A stretch of 64,000 bases of DNA from assembly GCA_038872135.1 (NCBI GenBank), contig JAVZGN010000002.1:41368-105367 (forward strand), in the 5' to 3' direction. The position numbers and the translations under genes were made by a program. The DNA comes from Candidatus Hadarchaeales archaeon. GTDB lineage: Archaea; Hadarchaeota; Hadarchaeia; Hadarchaeales; Hadarchaeaceae. This document shows positions 1 through 8,715 of this stretch, in pieces. Below the pieces are notes generated by a model, which had not been told where the DNA came from, made no database searches, and saw only the letters and a program-made list of their open reading frames with translations. The first letter of the stretch is position 1. Each line of letters begins with the position of its first letter.

Positions 1-309
1 TCTTTATGCTTTGGATGGGGCGCCATTAGGCCAAAGGGAACTGGGATTCCCCCCATCATCTTTGCGATTATCTCATCGTCGATTCTTCTAGCTGGAATTC
101 TCGCACCCTTCCCAACTATCTCATAGGGGGACTTCCTCTCTCCCTTTATCTCCCAGAGCCCGATTCCCGGAGCAAAGAAATAGAACTCGTCAAACCCATA
201 ATCGTCCCTTCCGATGACGGCCCTCCATTTTGACCTGAGGTTTGGGTGCTTCTGGTATAATTTTCTCATCTCCTCCATGACTTCCGCGAGAGAAAGAATC
301 TTCATCTCC

Positions 310-591
310 TCACCCATATCTTATTTTGAAACCGGAGAATTCGCCCGTGTATTTTTCCATCTTCACCTCAACGTTGGAGACGACGGCGGCCGGAGGCCCT
401 CTCCTGCAAAATTTTATCATCTCCTCCACCTTTTCTTTCTCTCCCTCAAAAACTGCCTCCACCCTTCCATCTGGAGTGTTCCTTACCCATCCACTCACGC
501 CTAGTCTCTCCGCCAGCTCCTTGACATGGGCCCTGAAGAAGACCCCGGTTACCTCTCCGCTCACATAAACATGCGCCCTTGTCTTCATCAA
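310..591 (-). CDS. acyP: acylphosphatase
   Basis: 93-aa ORF with acylphosphatase signatures (VSGEVTGVFFRAHV ... GWVRNTPDGRVE). Confidence 0.85.
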   Translation of the reverse strand: MMKTRAHVYVSGEVTGVFFRAHVKELAERLGVSGWVRNTPDGRVEAVFEGEKEKVEEMIKFCRRGPPAAVVSNVEVKMEKYTGEFSGFKIRYG

Positions 592-615
592 ATCATCTTT
601 TGCGGAAAAAGTTTT

Positions 616-1695
616 CTAACTTACGGTTATTATCTGCCCGCCCGCAGCCTTCCTGAGGCGGTTCATTATCGCAAGCCCGATCCCTTTCGCCTCAATCCCT
701 TCGACGGCGATGAAGGAAACCCCTGCCGCATCAAGGGCTCTGAGGGCCCCAAAGAGATTTTTGGCTATCGACCTTAGGTCCTCTCTTCTTCCCAGAACCC
801 TGATCTCGTCCGCGCGGTAGAGGTCGGCTGTTTCTGCTGTGGCGATCACCGCTGTCTTCTTTCCATTTATTTTCTTGAGATCCACGAGCTGCTGGATTTT
901 CTCCACGACCTTTGATATTTCGCCCTCCACCACCACAACCTCCGCGGCGGGGGCATAGTGGCGGTATTTCATCCCAGGAGATCTAGCCACTGCCTCCTCT
1001 TCATCCACCCTCGCCTCGGCTACAGGGTGAACCATAACCTCTCCCACCACCTCTTTCAGCTCCTCAACCGAGATCGGTCCGGGCCTCAGAAGCACCGGGG
1101 GAGTGGAGGTGACATCGAGGACCGTCGATTCTATGCCGTGGGTGATTTCCCCGCCATCGATGATGATGTCCACCCTTCCCCAGAGGTCCTCCACAACATG
1201 CTGGGCTGTCGTTGGACTGGGCCTACCGGAGAGGTTGGCGCTTGGGGCGGCCACAGGTACCTCTGCCTTTTTTATCAGAAGGTGAGATATCGGGTGAGAC
1301 GGCATTCTTACCGCCACCGTCTCGAGGCCAGCAGTAACAGCTTTTGGGACCGCTTCTGATCTCGGGAGGATGAGGGTTAGAGGGCCCGGCCAGAAGCGCT
1401 GGATGAGGGGGGTTGCTATTTCTGGGACCTCCTCGGCTAGGAGATGGATGTCCTCCTTCTCAGCTATGTGGACGATGATGGGGTTGTCGGGGGGCCTTCC
1501 CTTCGCCGCAAATATTTTTTTCACAGCAGTTTCATCAACGGCGTTTGCCCCCAAGCCATAAACAGTTTCAGTTGGAAATGCCACAAGCCCTCCTCTCCTT
1601 ATCACCCCTGCCGCGAGCTCCACCTTCTCGATATCTGGATTTGTGGGGTCTATCTTCAGGAGGATGGTGGTCATCTTTTCACCTAACACTCTCAA
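616..1695 (-). CDS. sua5: L-threonylcarbamoyladenylate synthase (Sua5/TsaC: YrdC domain + Sua5 C-terminal domain)
   Basis: 359 aa. YrdC-like motifs VAFPTETVYGLGANA and KGRPxDNPIIVH. A ~130-aa C-terminal extension is typical of Sua5. Confidence 0.85.
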   Translation of the reverse strand: MRVLGEKMTTILLKIDPTNPDIEKVELAAGVIRRGGLVAFPTETVYGLGANAVDETAVKKIFAAKGRPPDNPIIVHIAEKEDIHLLAEEVPEIATPLIQRFWPGPLTLILPRSEAVPKAVTAGLETVAVRMPSHPISHLLIKKAEVPVAAPSANLSGRPSPTTAQHVVEDLWGRVDIIIDGGEITHGIESTVLDVTSTPPVLLRPGPISVEELKEVVGEVMVHPVAEARVDEEEAVARSPGMKYRHYAPAAEVVVVEGEISKVVEKIQQLVDLKKINGKKTAVIATAETADLYRADEIRVLGRREDLRSIAKNLFGALRALDAAGVSFIAVEGIEAKGIGLAIMNRLRKAAGGQIITVS

Positions 1696-1737
1696 ACAAC
1701 CCTTAAATCATGAAGAGGATATTTCTTGGGGAAGGAT

Positions 1738-2127
1738 ATGGAGAACCAGCTGATAGGAAAGAGCGTCAATGCACCGAAATTTCTCGGGATTCTTGAGAAG
1801 GAGTTTGGATGGTTCATATCCTATACTATCCTCCTGGCCGAAAAACACTTTGAAGACCCGGAGACGAAAAAGATCTATGTTGCCGTGGTGCTTCTCGGGG
1901 ATTATCTGTGGAACATTCAGACGGTGAGGTTTGAGGAAGTCGTCTATGAAGCCGAGAGAACTAGGAGGAAGAAGGTTGACCGGCCCCCCCAAGCCATCCT
2001 GGAGAAAGCAATGAGCGACCTCATGTCTGCATATGAGAAGGCCAAGGAGCTGCCTCTGAAGATAAAGAAAAGGCTGGCCGAAACCCAGGAAGTCCACGAG
2101 GGGGCACCGGAGGAGCTACCCCGCTGA
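1738..2127 (+). CDS. hypothetical protein
   Basis: ATG at 1738 preceded by ggaagga (the ORF track used TTG at 1726). K/E-rich 129-aa product with no recognisable motif. Preferred over antisense ORF 1708..2097 on composition only. Confidence 0.3.
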   Translation: MENQLIGKSVNAPKFLGILEKEFGWFISYTILLAEKHFEDPETKKIYVAVVLLGDYLWNIQTVRFEEVVYEAERTRRKKVDRPPQAILEKAMSDLMSAYEKAKELPLKIKKRLAETQEVHEGAPEELPR

Positions 2128-2901
2128 CAGCTCCCTGGCTCTCCTGATTGCAGCCTCAACTGCCCCCTTCACTGCCTCCGCAACCTTCCTTTCCTCCAGA
2201 ACCTTCATCCCCTCAATGGTTGTGCCCTTCGGTGTGCAGATCTTCTGGATTATCTCTTCTGGGGAGCTCTCGGAAGAAATTGCCAGGACTCCCGCCCCAA
2301 TAGCAGTCTGCGCCGCCAGCTTGAGGGAAACTTCTTCAGGGAGCCCCGCTTCCTTCCCGGCGGCTGCCATCGCCTGGATCACATGGAGGAGAAAGGCTGG
2401 CCCACTCCCGCTGACCCCTGTGACGGCGTCCATGAGCTTTTCATCGATTTTTAAAAACAGGCCGAGGGGGGAGAAGAGCTTTTTTGCCACCTCCTCATCC
2501 TTCTTCCCCGCCCTTTTCCCCAGAGAATAACAGGCTGCCATCTCCCCCACCCCCGCGCAGAGGTTTGGCATCACCCTGATTGCCCTCCCGGAGGAGTTTT
2601 TCTCTATGAATGATGTTGAGATGCCGGCGGCGATGGAGATGAGAAGCTTGTTTTTTGCCGGCTTCAGCTCCTCTAGGACCTCCTTGACATTTGCTGGCTT
2701 GACGGCGATGATGATCACATCTGAGTTTTTTGCCAGCTCCTGGATGGTGGTTGGGGTGGCGCCGAGTCTTTTCACCTGTTTTGCTTTTTCTGGGTCCTTT
2801 TCTGCAACCAAGATGTTTTTTGGGGGAAGGGCGTTGGTGAGAAGGAATCCTCTGATAAGGGCCTGCCCCATGTTTCCCGCGCCGATTATCCCAACTTTCA
2901 T
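2116..2901 (-). CDS. proC: pyrroline-5-carboxylate reductase
   Basis: 261 aa. N-terminal Rossmann motif MKVGIIGAGNMGQAL and ProC-family body (VIIIAVKP ... SGSGPAF ... TPKGTT). Confidence 0.85.
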   Translation of the reverse strand: MKVGIIGAGNMGQALIRGFLLTNALPPKNILVAEKDPEKAKQVKRLGATPTTIQELAKNSDVIIIAVKPANVKEVLEELKPAKNKLLISIAAGISTSFIEKNSSGRAIRVMPNLCAGVGEMAACYSLGKRAGKKDEEVAKKLFSPLGLFLKIDEKLMDAVTGVSGSGPAFLLHVIQAMAAAGKEAGLPEEVSLKLAAQTAIGAGVLAISSESSPEEIIQKICTPKGTTIEGMKVLEERKVAEAVKGAVEAAIRRARELSAG

Positions 2902-2983
2902 CTTCCCAAATTCTATTGAAGCCGAGGGTTAAATCGCTGCCGAAGGGGAAAGTTTTAGAGTTTGAGGGGAGAAGTTGGTTTGG

Positions 2984-3060
2984 GCCTCGGTAGCTCAGTC
3001 GGTTAGAGCGCACGCTTGGTAAGCGTGAGGTCGCGGGTTCAATCCCCGCCCGGGGCTCCA
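2984..3060 (+). tRNA. tRNA-Thr (anticodon GGT), CCA encoded
   Basis: Hand-folded cloverleaf. Acceptor gcctcgg/ccggggc (one G-U pair), D-arm gctc-agtcggtta-gagc, anticodon stem cacgc/gcgtg, loop ttGGTaa, T-arm gcggg-ttcaatc-cccgc, discriminator T, then CCA (3058-3060). Confidence 0.8.
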
Positions 3061-3281
3061 CTTCTCGAGCCTCTTGTGCAGGCCCCTCTCTAGGTGTGCC
3101 CAGGCTATTCACTATGCAAAAAAACAAACTAATCTCAGGGCACAAATGAAGGGATGCCTTTAACCTACCACCCGGCTCGGCATTTGTCTGAAACTTTTTC
3201 GGCAAACTCTGGCATTTCGAAAGGTATTTAACCGCCGCCCCAAACTAATTGGAGGAAAAATAACAAAGGAGGCGAGAATGC

Positions 3282-3572
3282 ATGGCTGAAGCAAAAGGTG
3301 CCGCGGAAAATACCGTCTTCATAGGGACGAAGCCGGTGATGAACTATGTGCTGGCAGCGATAACCCAGTTCAACTCTGGGGCAAACTCAGTGACCCTGAA
3401 GGCACGCGGTAGGGCCATCAGCAGAGCTGTCGATGTTGCAGAGATCCTCAGGAACAGGTTCTTGCAGAATGTGAGTGTGAGCAACATAGCAATCGGGACC
3501 GAGCAGGTCCAAGGTGAAGGCGGCACGGCAAATGTGTCAATAATTGAAATAACGCTGGGCAAGGGCAAATAA
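3282..3572 (+). CDS. albA: Alba (Sso10b-family archaeal chromatin / nucleic-acid binding protein)
   Basis: 96 aa. Closely matches Alba ([21 protein letters not shown] ... [18 protein letters not shown]). Archaea-specific marker. Confidence 0.9.
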   Translation: MAEAKGAAENTVFIGTKPVMNYVLAAITQFNSGANSVTLKARGRAISRAVDVAEILRNRFLQNVSVSNIAIGTEQVQGEGGTANVSIIEITLGKGK

Positions 3573-3577
3573 ACTTG

Positions 3578-3597
3578 CCCCATTTTTTTATTTTTTG
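3578..3597 (+). terminator. oligo-T tract downstream of alba (putative archaeal intrinsic terminator)
   Basis: cccatttttttattttttg immediately after the alba stop. Archaeal termination uses T-runs. Confidence 0.35.
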
Positions 3598-3649
3598 ACG
3601 GCATTTCCAAAATCTCTAAATAACTGCTGCCGGAGTCTCTGGTGAAACG

Positions 3650-4969
3650 ATGGAGCTGGATGAGCTAGGCTCACTTCGGAGAACTCATCTCTCCCGGGAA
3701 ATCGATGGAAGCTTGGCGGGGAGAGAAGTTGTGGTCATGGGGAGAGTGGGGGCGATCAGAGATCTCGGTGGGGTAAAATTCTTCGTTCTTCACGATGTGA
3801 GCGGGACAATTCAAATCACTGCTCATGAGAATAGGGTTGAGAGAAAAACTTTTGAAAAAATCTCCGCCCTCACCCAGGAGTCCTCGGTGGCGGTAAGGGG
3901 AGTTGTTGTAAAAGCTGCACAGGCCCCAAGAGGAATAGAAATCGTCCCATCTGAGATTAGAATATTAAATCTCGCCGAGGCCCCTCTCCCGCTCGACCCT
4001 CTAGGGAAGGTGAAGGCAAACCTGGACACAAGGCTGGATGCCAGAGCCATCGACCTGAGGAGAAAAGAAGCCCTGGCTATCTTCAGGATAAGAAATGAAG
4101 CACTTCAGGCGGCAAGAAATTACCTCCTTTCAAAAGGATTCATAGAAGTCCACACACCAAAGATAGTCGCCACGGCAACTGAAAGTGGGGCGGCCCTTTT
4201 TCCAATCTCATATTTTGAAAGGGAGGCATTCCTCAGCCAGAGCCCCCAGCTCTACAAAGAGGTTTTGACCGGAGCTTTTGAAAAGGTCTTTGAGGTGGGG
4301 CCGATTTTCAGGGCTGAGGAGCACGACACTCCTCGCCATCTCAACGAGGCGATTTCAATTGACATTGAAATGGCCTATGCCGCCGCGGAGGATGTGATGA
4401 AGATCCTGGAGGAAATTCTGAGGGAAGCCTTCAAAAGGGTGGTGGAGAACTGCAGGGAAGAGCTTGAAGCTCTGAATGTAAAGTTGGAGGTCCCTTCACT
4501 TCCCCTCCCAAGAATCCCCTACTCGAAGGCTTTGGAGATGCTGGAGAAGGAGGGAGTGAAAGTCCCCTGGGGCGAGGACCTCCCAACGCCGGCTGAGAAA
4601 AAGCTGGCGGAGCTTGTGGATGGGGCCTATTTCATCACCGAGTGGCCGATTAAAATAAAGCCCTTCTACACAATGCCGAAGAGCGACAACCCTGAGCTGG
4701 CGGAAGCCTTCGACCTCATGTACAAGGAGATAGAGCTGGCGTCCGGGGGGCAGAGGATCCACCAGCCAGACCTCCTGGTGAGGCAGCTAAAGGCAAAAGG
4801 ACTGAACCCAAAAAATTTTGAGCATCACCTCCTCAGCTTCAGGTTCGGGCTGCCCCCCCACAGCGGCTGGGGTCTCGGCCTCGACAGGCTGACGATGGTG
4901 ATGACCGGGAGCGACAACATCAGGGAATGCGTGCTTTTCCCCCGGGACAGACGGCGGCTTACCCCCTAG
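3650..4969 (+). CDS. aspS: aspartate--tRNA ligase, archaeal type
   Basis: 439 aa. N-terminal OB anticodon-binding domain. Class II motifs ([28 protein letters not shown]) and an archaeal AspRS-like C-terminus. Confidence 0.9.
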   Translation: MELDELGSLRRTHLSREIDGSLAGREVVVMGRVGAIRDLGGVKFFVLHDVSGTIQITAHENRVERKTFEKISALTQESSVAVRGVVVKAAQAPRGIEIVPSEIRILNLAEAPLPLDPLGKVKANLDTRLDARAIDLRRKEALAIFRIRNEALQAARNYLLSKGFIEVHTPKIVATATESGAALFPISYFEREAFLSQSPQLYKEVLTGAFEKVFEVGPIFRAEEHDTPRHLNEAISIDIEMAYAAAEDVMKILEEILREAFKRVVENCREELEALNVKLEVPSLPLPRIPYSKALEMLEKEGVKVPWGEDLPTPAEKKLAELVDGAYFITEWPIKIKPFYTMPKSDNPELAEAFDLMYKEIELASGGQRIHQPDLLVRQLKAKGLNPKNFEHHLLSFRFGLPPHSGWGLGLDRLTMVMTGSDNIRECVLFPRDRRRLTP

Positions 4970-5685
4970 AAAAACTGCTCCAGGCCGACCTTCATCGGAA
5001 GATCTACCACTGTCACCCTCCCCGTCGCTGGAAGGGAAACATTGAAAATTGCTGTTTTTCCCATCATCGCCTTCAACCTGGTGCTGTTGTGGGCATGACC
5101 GTGAAACCATGCGTCTGGCTGTCTTCTCTTTATGACCTCCTCCATCTTCCTGCAGCCCATCTCTTCAAACACCCTTCTCTTTTCCCCCTCGAGCGTCTGG
5201 TAGGTGGGGGAGTAGTGGGTGACGACCATTTTTATCTCAGAGGCAAGGGATGAGAGAAGAGAATCTATTTTCCCAACCCTATCCTCGTAAATCTTCGAGA
5301 TATTTGGGATGTGCGTGCGCTGCCAGAAGGTTGGCCTGTCCAGGGAGCCGCGGGAAATAACCACTCCCACCCTGACCCCCGCAATCTCAAGCTCCACGGC
5401 ATCATCATTTATCCATCTTATGTCCTTGAAGCCGCGGAATATCTCCCAGTGATCGTCATACTCCTCGTTTCCAAAGCAGGCAAGGATTTCTCCCCGATGG
5501 CGGCTTCTGATGGCCTCAATCACCGGCGGCAGACTCCTCCAGTCGTTCCTCTCCACCAGATCCCCCGCCAGAAGAAAAATATCGCAGTTTGATATCTCTT
5601 CCATCGCTTTCCTGAAGAGCTCTATGCCGAGGGGGGAGTGGATGTCTGAAACTGCTGCTACCCTCACCACAGCCAGCGTCACCAT
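4966..5685 (-). CDS. metallophosphoesterase (calcineurin-like phosphoesterase)
   Basis: Trimmed from ORF 4966..5967 to the internal ATG at 5685. That ATG sits 2 nt after the stop of the upstream gene (5688). Motifs AAVSDIHSP, GDLVERN, GNEEYDDH, HGHAH. The 5-prime extension in the ORF track is antisense-like, R/E-rich low complexity. Confidence 0.75.
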   Translation of the reverse strand: MVTLAVVRVAAVSDIHSPLGIELFRKAMEEISNCDIFLLAGDLVERNDWRSLPPVIEAIRSRHRGEILACFGNEEYDDHWEIFRGFKDIRWINDDAVELEIAGVRVGVVISRGSLDRPTFWQRTHIPNISKIYEDRVGKIDSLLSSLASEIKMVVTHYSPTYQTLEGEKRRVFEEMGCRKMEEVIKRRQPDAWFHGHAHNSTRLKAMMGKTAIFNVSLPATGRVTVVDLPMKVGLEQFF

Positions 5686-5687
5686 CT

Positions 5688-7292
5688 CTATTTTTTCTTC
5701 TTCAGCAGCTCCCGGTAGGTTTCGATGATGTAGGGCTCTCTTTCGAAAAGCTGCCGCTTGATTGTATCCAGCGCAGCCATGTGCATTTCTCTCACCCTTG
5801 GTGGAACGCGTTCGATTTTCTTCTCTTTCTTCCAGGTGCGGTAGATGTCCTCCAGCCTCCTGAGAATCTCGATCCTCTCGGCTTCCTCGGCTTTCTTCAT
5901 CGCCTCTATGTTCACGATGATTCCGCGAACGCCGATAAATTTCCCATCCACCACAATCGGCCTGCACCGGATGAGCGCCGGGAATTTTGTCCCATTTTTC
6001 CTCACGGCTGTGAACTCTCCTTCCCAGGTCTTGGGCTTCCTCAGGAGGGACTTCAGCCGGCCCTGATCCCTTTTTGCCAAAAGCCTTGAAATTGACATCC
6101 CAGCAATTTCTCTGTCGGAAAATCCAAACTCCTTCTGGCCGGTGGAGTTAAGAAAAGTCAGCTTTCCATCGGCCCCCACCTCGAACACAGTTTCTGGAAG
6201 GAGATCAACTAGCTCCCGGTACCTCCTCTCACTCTCCCTCAGCCTCCACTCTGCTTCTTTTAACTCAGCAACCGTCTTTTCCAGCTCGGCTGTTCTTTCT
6301 CTGACCATCTCCCCCAGCTCCTCCCTGGAAGCCGCCCTGAACTTTTCATCCTCGAGAAGTCCCGGGGGAAGGCCAACCGCCAGCCTGGAAAATGCTTCCG
6401 CCCCCACCGCCTGCTCCTTCACCCTGTAGTAGATCTGAGAAAACTTTTTTTCTGCAAATTTTGGAGAGGTGAGCGCCCCAAGGAGATATATCAGCCTTGA
6501 GTTCAAAAGTGAGAATGCCGGCGCCAGTTTTTCCATCGCTTCCTCCAGCCCCATCTTTGAAACCTTTGGCGCAAGCCTGCTGCAGTCCAGCCTCCCTCTT
6601 TCTGTTATCTCACAATCCTCGAACACGTTGTGGTCGCGCGAGCACTCAATAAATATCTCTCTGACAGGTTTGATGCCGGAAATCTTTGCGATGACGCTCA
6701 AAAACATGTTTGTGAGCTCGGTGTAGGCGCGCAGAAGTCCCACGCTATCCTTGAGAAGCAGTTTCTCCTTCGGGAGCAGAATTGCGCCACCTATTTTACT
6801 GTGAAGTTTCCTTTCCCCAAAAGCGATGCCCCCAAGGCCAAAGCTGAGGAGCACCTGTGCAACCGCTCCATGGGGATATACCTCTGAAGCAGGAAGAAAG
6901 AGGATCAAAAAGGGCAGCGCCAGAAGGAGGGAGAGTGCTCCCACGAGCCTATATTTTCCATGCTCAAAGGCACGGAGCATTGTCAACCACGGAATCTTCT
7001 TAACCTTCCTTACCACAACGCCTGAATAGACCAGCCCTGAGAGGGTGACCGCAAAAGCTGCTAAAAACAGGAAAAATGCGAGATACTTTCCACCGATGAC
7101 CGTTAAAAAGATGTAGCCTATGAAAGGTGCAACCGCCGAAAGGACAAAAAGGATTGAGCCGGCAGAAATCATATACTCGGCGTATGCTCCTTTCAGAAGG
7201 GTGGAATTCTTCCAGGCAAAGTACACGCATAAAACCGCGAGAAGGGAGTCCACCGCGGCGAAAAACACAAAAACTAATGCAGCAACATCCAT
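5688..7292 (-). CDS. membrane protein with ~6 N-terminal TM helices, a cytoplasmic PAS-like domain and a C-terminal charged coiled-coil (putative sensor)
   Basis: 534 aa. Hydrophobic N-terminal third. Central segment LVDLLPETVFEVGADGKLTFLNSTGQKEFGFSDREIAGMSISRLL is PAS-like. No kinase or other output domain recognised. Confidence 0.55.
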   Translation of the reverse strand: MDVAALVFVFFAAVDSLLAVLCVYFAWKNSTLLKGAYAEYMISAGSILFVLSAVAPFIGYIFLTVIGGKYLAFFLFLAAFAVTLSGLVYSGVVVRKVKKIPWLTMLRAFEHGKYRLVGALSLLLALPFLILFLPASEVYPHGAVAQVLLSFGLGGIAFGERKLHSKIGGAILLPKEKLLLKDSVGLLRAYTELTNMFLSVIAKISGIKPVREIFIECSRDHNVFEDCEITERGRLDCSRLAPKVSKMGLEEAMEKLAPAFSLLNSRLIYLLGALTSPKFAEKKFSQIYYRVKEQAVGAEAFSRLAVGLPPGLLEDEKFRAASREELGEMVRERTAELEKTVAELKEAEWRLRESERRYRELVDLLPETVFEVGADGKLTFLNSTGQKEFGFSDREIAGMSISRLLAKRDQGRLKSLLRKPKTWEGEFTAVRKNGTKFPALIRCRPIVVDGKFIGVRGIIVNIEAMKKAEEAERIEILRRLEDIYRTWKKEKKIERVPPRVREMHMAALDTIKRQLFEREPYIIETYRELLKKKK

Positions 7293-7370
7293 CTACTTTG
7301 CCTCCCAAACAGGCATTCTCTCATCCTCTGTTAAAAATTTATGATTAAAAAACTGCCGCTCCTAAACGCT

Positions 7371-8600
7371 TCAAATCAGCCCTTTCAGCTTCCAGAGAAG
7401 CTTCGGGTGGGCCTTCATGAGAACCTTGAGCATGTCTGTGAGACTGATCCTGTCGAAATCTACGCTGCTGAGGACTTTTGCCAATTTGTCCAGCTCCTCA
7501 TCACTCAGCTCCAGCAAGACATCCTTTGCCTTGAGATATCGCTCGAGCCTCTTCCCAATAGCCTCCCGCCACCTCTTCTCATATTCCTTCAACCTCTTCT
7601 CCGAGGTGTTGCCCTCCCTCACCGCCTTGGCGGCGACTTCCCCAGCGATGTTTCCGGCCCTCATCGCAGAGTCTATGCCGCCCCCCGTGAGTGGATTCAC
7701 CTGCCTCGCCGCATCCCCGACTATCAGGAGATTATCCCCAACCGTCTTCTTAGCCGGGCCGCAGACTGGGACGCCCCCAACATTTATTTCCACCACCCTT
7801 CCCTTCGAGAGGTTGGGCATCCGCGCCACAAAATCCTTGAGATACTCCAGCGGCCTGCGCTCGGCCCTGCTCCCGATAACTCCAAGACCAACATTTGCAT
7901 AATCCTCTCCCTTCGGGAAAACCCATGCATAGCCTCCAGGAGAAATCCTGCTCCCCAGGTAGAACTCCAGCAGTTCCGGTGACTCTAGGTCAACATCAAC
8001 CATCTGAAACTGGGCGCACGTTTCGATGTCTGAGGGGCGAACCGTTGTGTTTATTCCCGCCCATCTCGCCACCCTCGAACCAACACCGTCGGCGGCGATT
8101 ATCACCTTGGCTCCAACTTCTATTTTCCCGTGGATTCCAGCTCCCCTCACCCCCGCCGGCTTCCTATCCTTGAAGATGATGCCGTTCACATAAGTGCCCA
8201 CCATCATGTCCGCCCCCGCTTCCACTGCTCTCAACGCCAGAAACTTGTCAAACTGCTTCCTGTTCAGAAGGTATCCAACCTTCCCCCCGGCCCTCTCCGC
8301 AATTTTTATTTCTATGCCCCCCGGAGAAACTATCTTCACAGCTCTAGTCCTGTTTACCGCCCAGATCTCGTCTGGTTTTATCTTCAGCTCCTTCAGGACA
8401 TCCTCGGCGAGAGCCTCCCCACATTGAACCGGAACTCCAAGCTCCCGCCGCCTGTCTATCATCAACACGCTCGCTCCATTCTTCACGGCAGCATAGGCCG
8501 CCGTGGACCCGGCAGGCCCTGCCCCCACAACCACAACATCATAATCTTTTCCTTGCAATTTCAATCGCCCCCACAGGGCATATCCTGGCGCACAACCCAC
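7371..8600 (-). CDS. geranylgeranyl reductase family protein (digeranylgeranylglycerophospholipid reductase-like, FAD-dependent)
   Basis: FAD Rossmann motif DYDVVVVGAGPAGS and GGR-family body (RRELGVPVQCGEAL ... GDAARQVNPLTGGGI). The ORF-track start is GTG at 8600. In-frame TTG codons at 8564 and 8558 are alternatives, so the exact start is uncertain. Confidence 0.85.
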   Translation of the reverse strand: MGCAPGYALWGRLKLQGKDYDVVVVGAGPAGSTAAYAAVKNGASVLMIDRRRELGVPVQCGEALAEDVLKELKIKPDEIWAVNRTRAVKIVSPGGIEIKIAERAGGKVGYLLNRKQFDKFLALRAVEAGADMMVGTYVNGIIFKDRKPAGVRGAGIHGKIEVGAKVIIAADGVGSRVARWAGINTTVRPSDIETCAQFQMVDVDLESPELLEFYLGSRISPGGYAWVFPKGEDYANVGLGVIGSRAERRPLEYLKDFVARMPNLSKGRVVEINVGGVPVCGPAKKTVGDNLLIVGDAARQVNPLTGGGIDSAMRAGNIAGEVAAKAVREGNTSEKRLKEYEKRWREAIGKRLERYLKAKDVLLELSDEELDKLAKVLSSVDFDRISLTDMLKVLMKAHPKLLWKLKGLI

Positions 8601-8715
8601 ACTCTGTGCACTTCTCCGTAGCCCAGACCGAGCCGTCAGTGGCCTCTATCGCATCCACGGGGCAGACGCTCACGCACGCCCCGCACCTCAGACAGAGCTG
8701 ACCGTTAACCTTCAT
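8539..8715 (-). CDS. 2x[4Fe-4S] ferredoxin (58 aa), not in ORF track
   Basis: Translated by eye: MKVNGQLCLRCGACVSVCPVDAIEATDGSVWATEKCTECGLCARICPVGAIEIARKRL. Two CxxCxxCxxxCP motifs. Its 3-prime end overlaps the GGR start region in another frame. Confidence 0.7.
   Translation of the reverse strand: MKVNGQLCLRCGACVSVCPVDAIEATDGSVWATEKCTECGLCARICPVGAIEIARKRL

Noticed and set aside
1708-2097. 129-aa minus-strand ORF overlapping the plus-strand hypothetical 1738..2127
   Set aside because: Leu-rich, unusual composition, no start context. The plus-strand frame has more protein-like composition and an RBS-like ggaagga. Neither is strongly supported.
2495-3205. 236-aa minus-strand ORF spanning the proC 5-prime end, the intergenic region and the tRNA-Thr
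   Set aside because: Arg/Gly/Pro-rich low-complexity translation, antisense to a solid proC gene and to a well-folding tRNA. Typical spurious ORF in GC-rich antisense.
3063-3281. Possible ncRNA between tRNA-Thr and alba
   Set aside because: No convincing conserved structure seen by eye. More simply explained as the alba promoter and 5-prime UTR.
5686-5967. N-terminal 94-aa extension of the metallophosphoesterase ORF (ORF-track start 5967)
   Set aside because: The extension is R/E/H-rich low complexity and overlaps the upstream gene. An internal ATG at 5685 directly follows the upstream stop and precedes the conserved phosphoesterase motif I.
7000-8000. ORFs 7000..7308(-), 7341..7982(+), 7417..7902(+) and 7895..8621(+) overlapping the GGR gene
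   Set aside because: No motifs. Antisense or out-of-frame to a strongly supported GGR gene. Compositionally biased.
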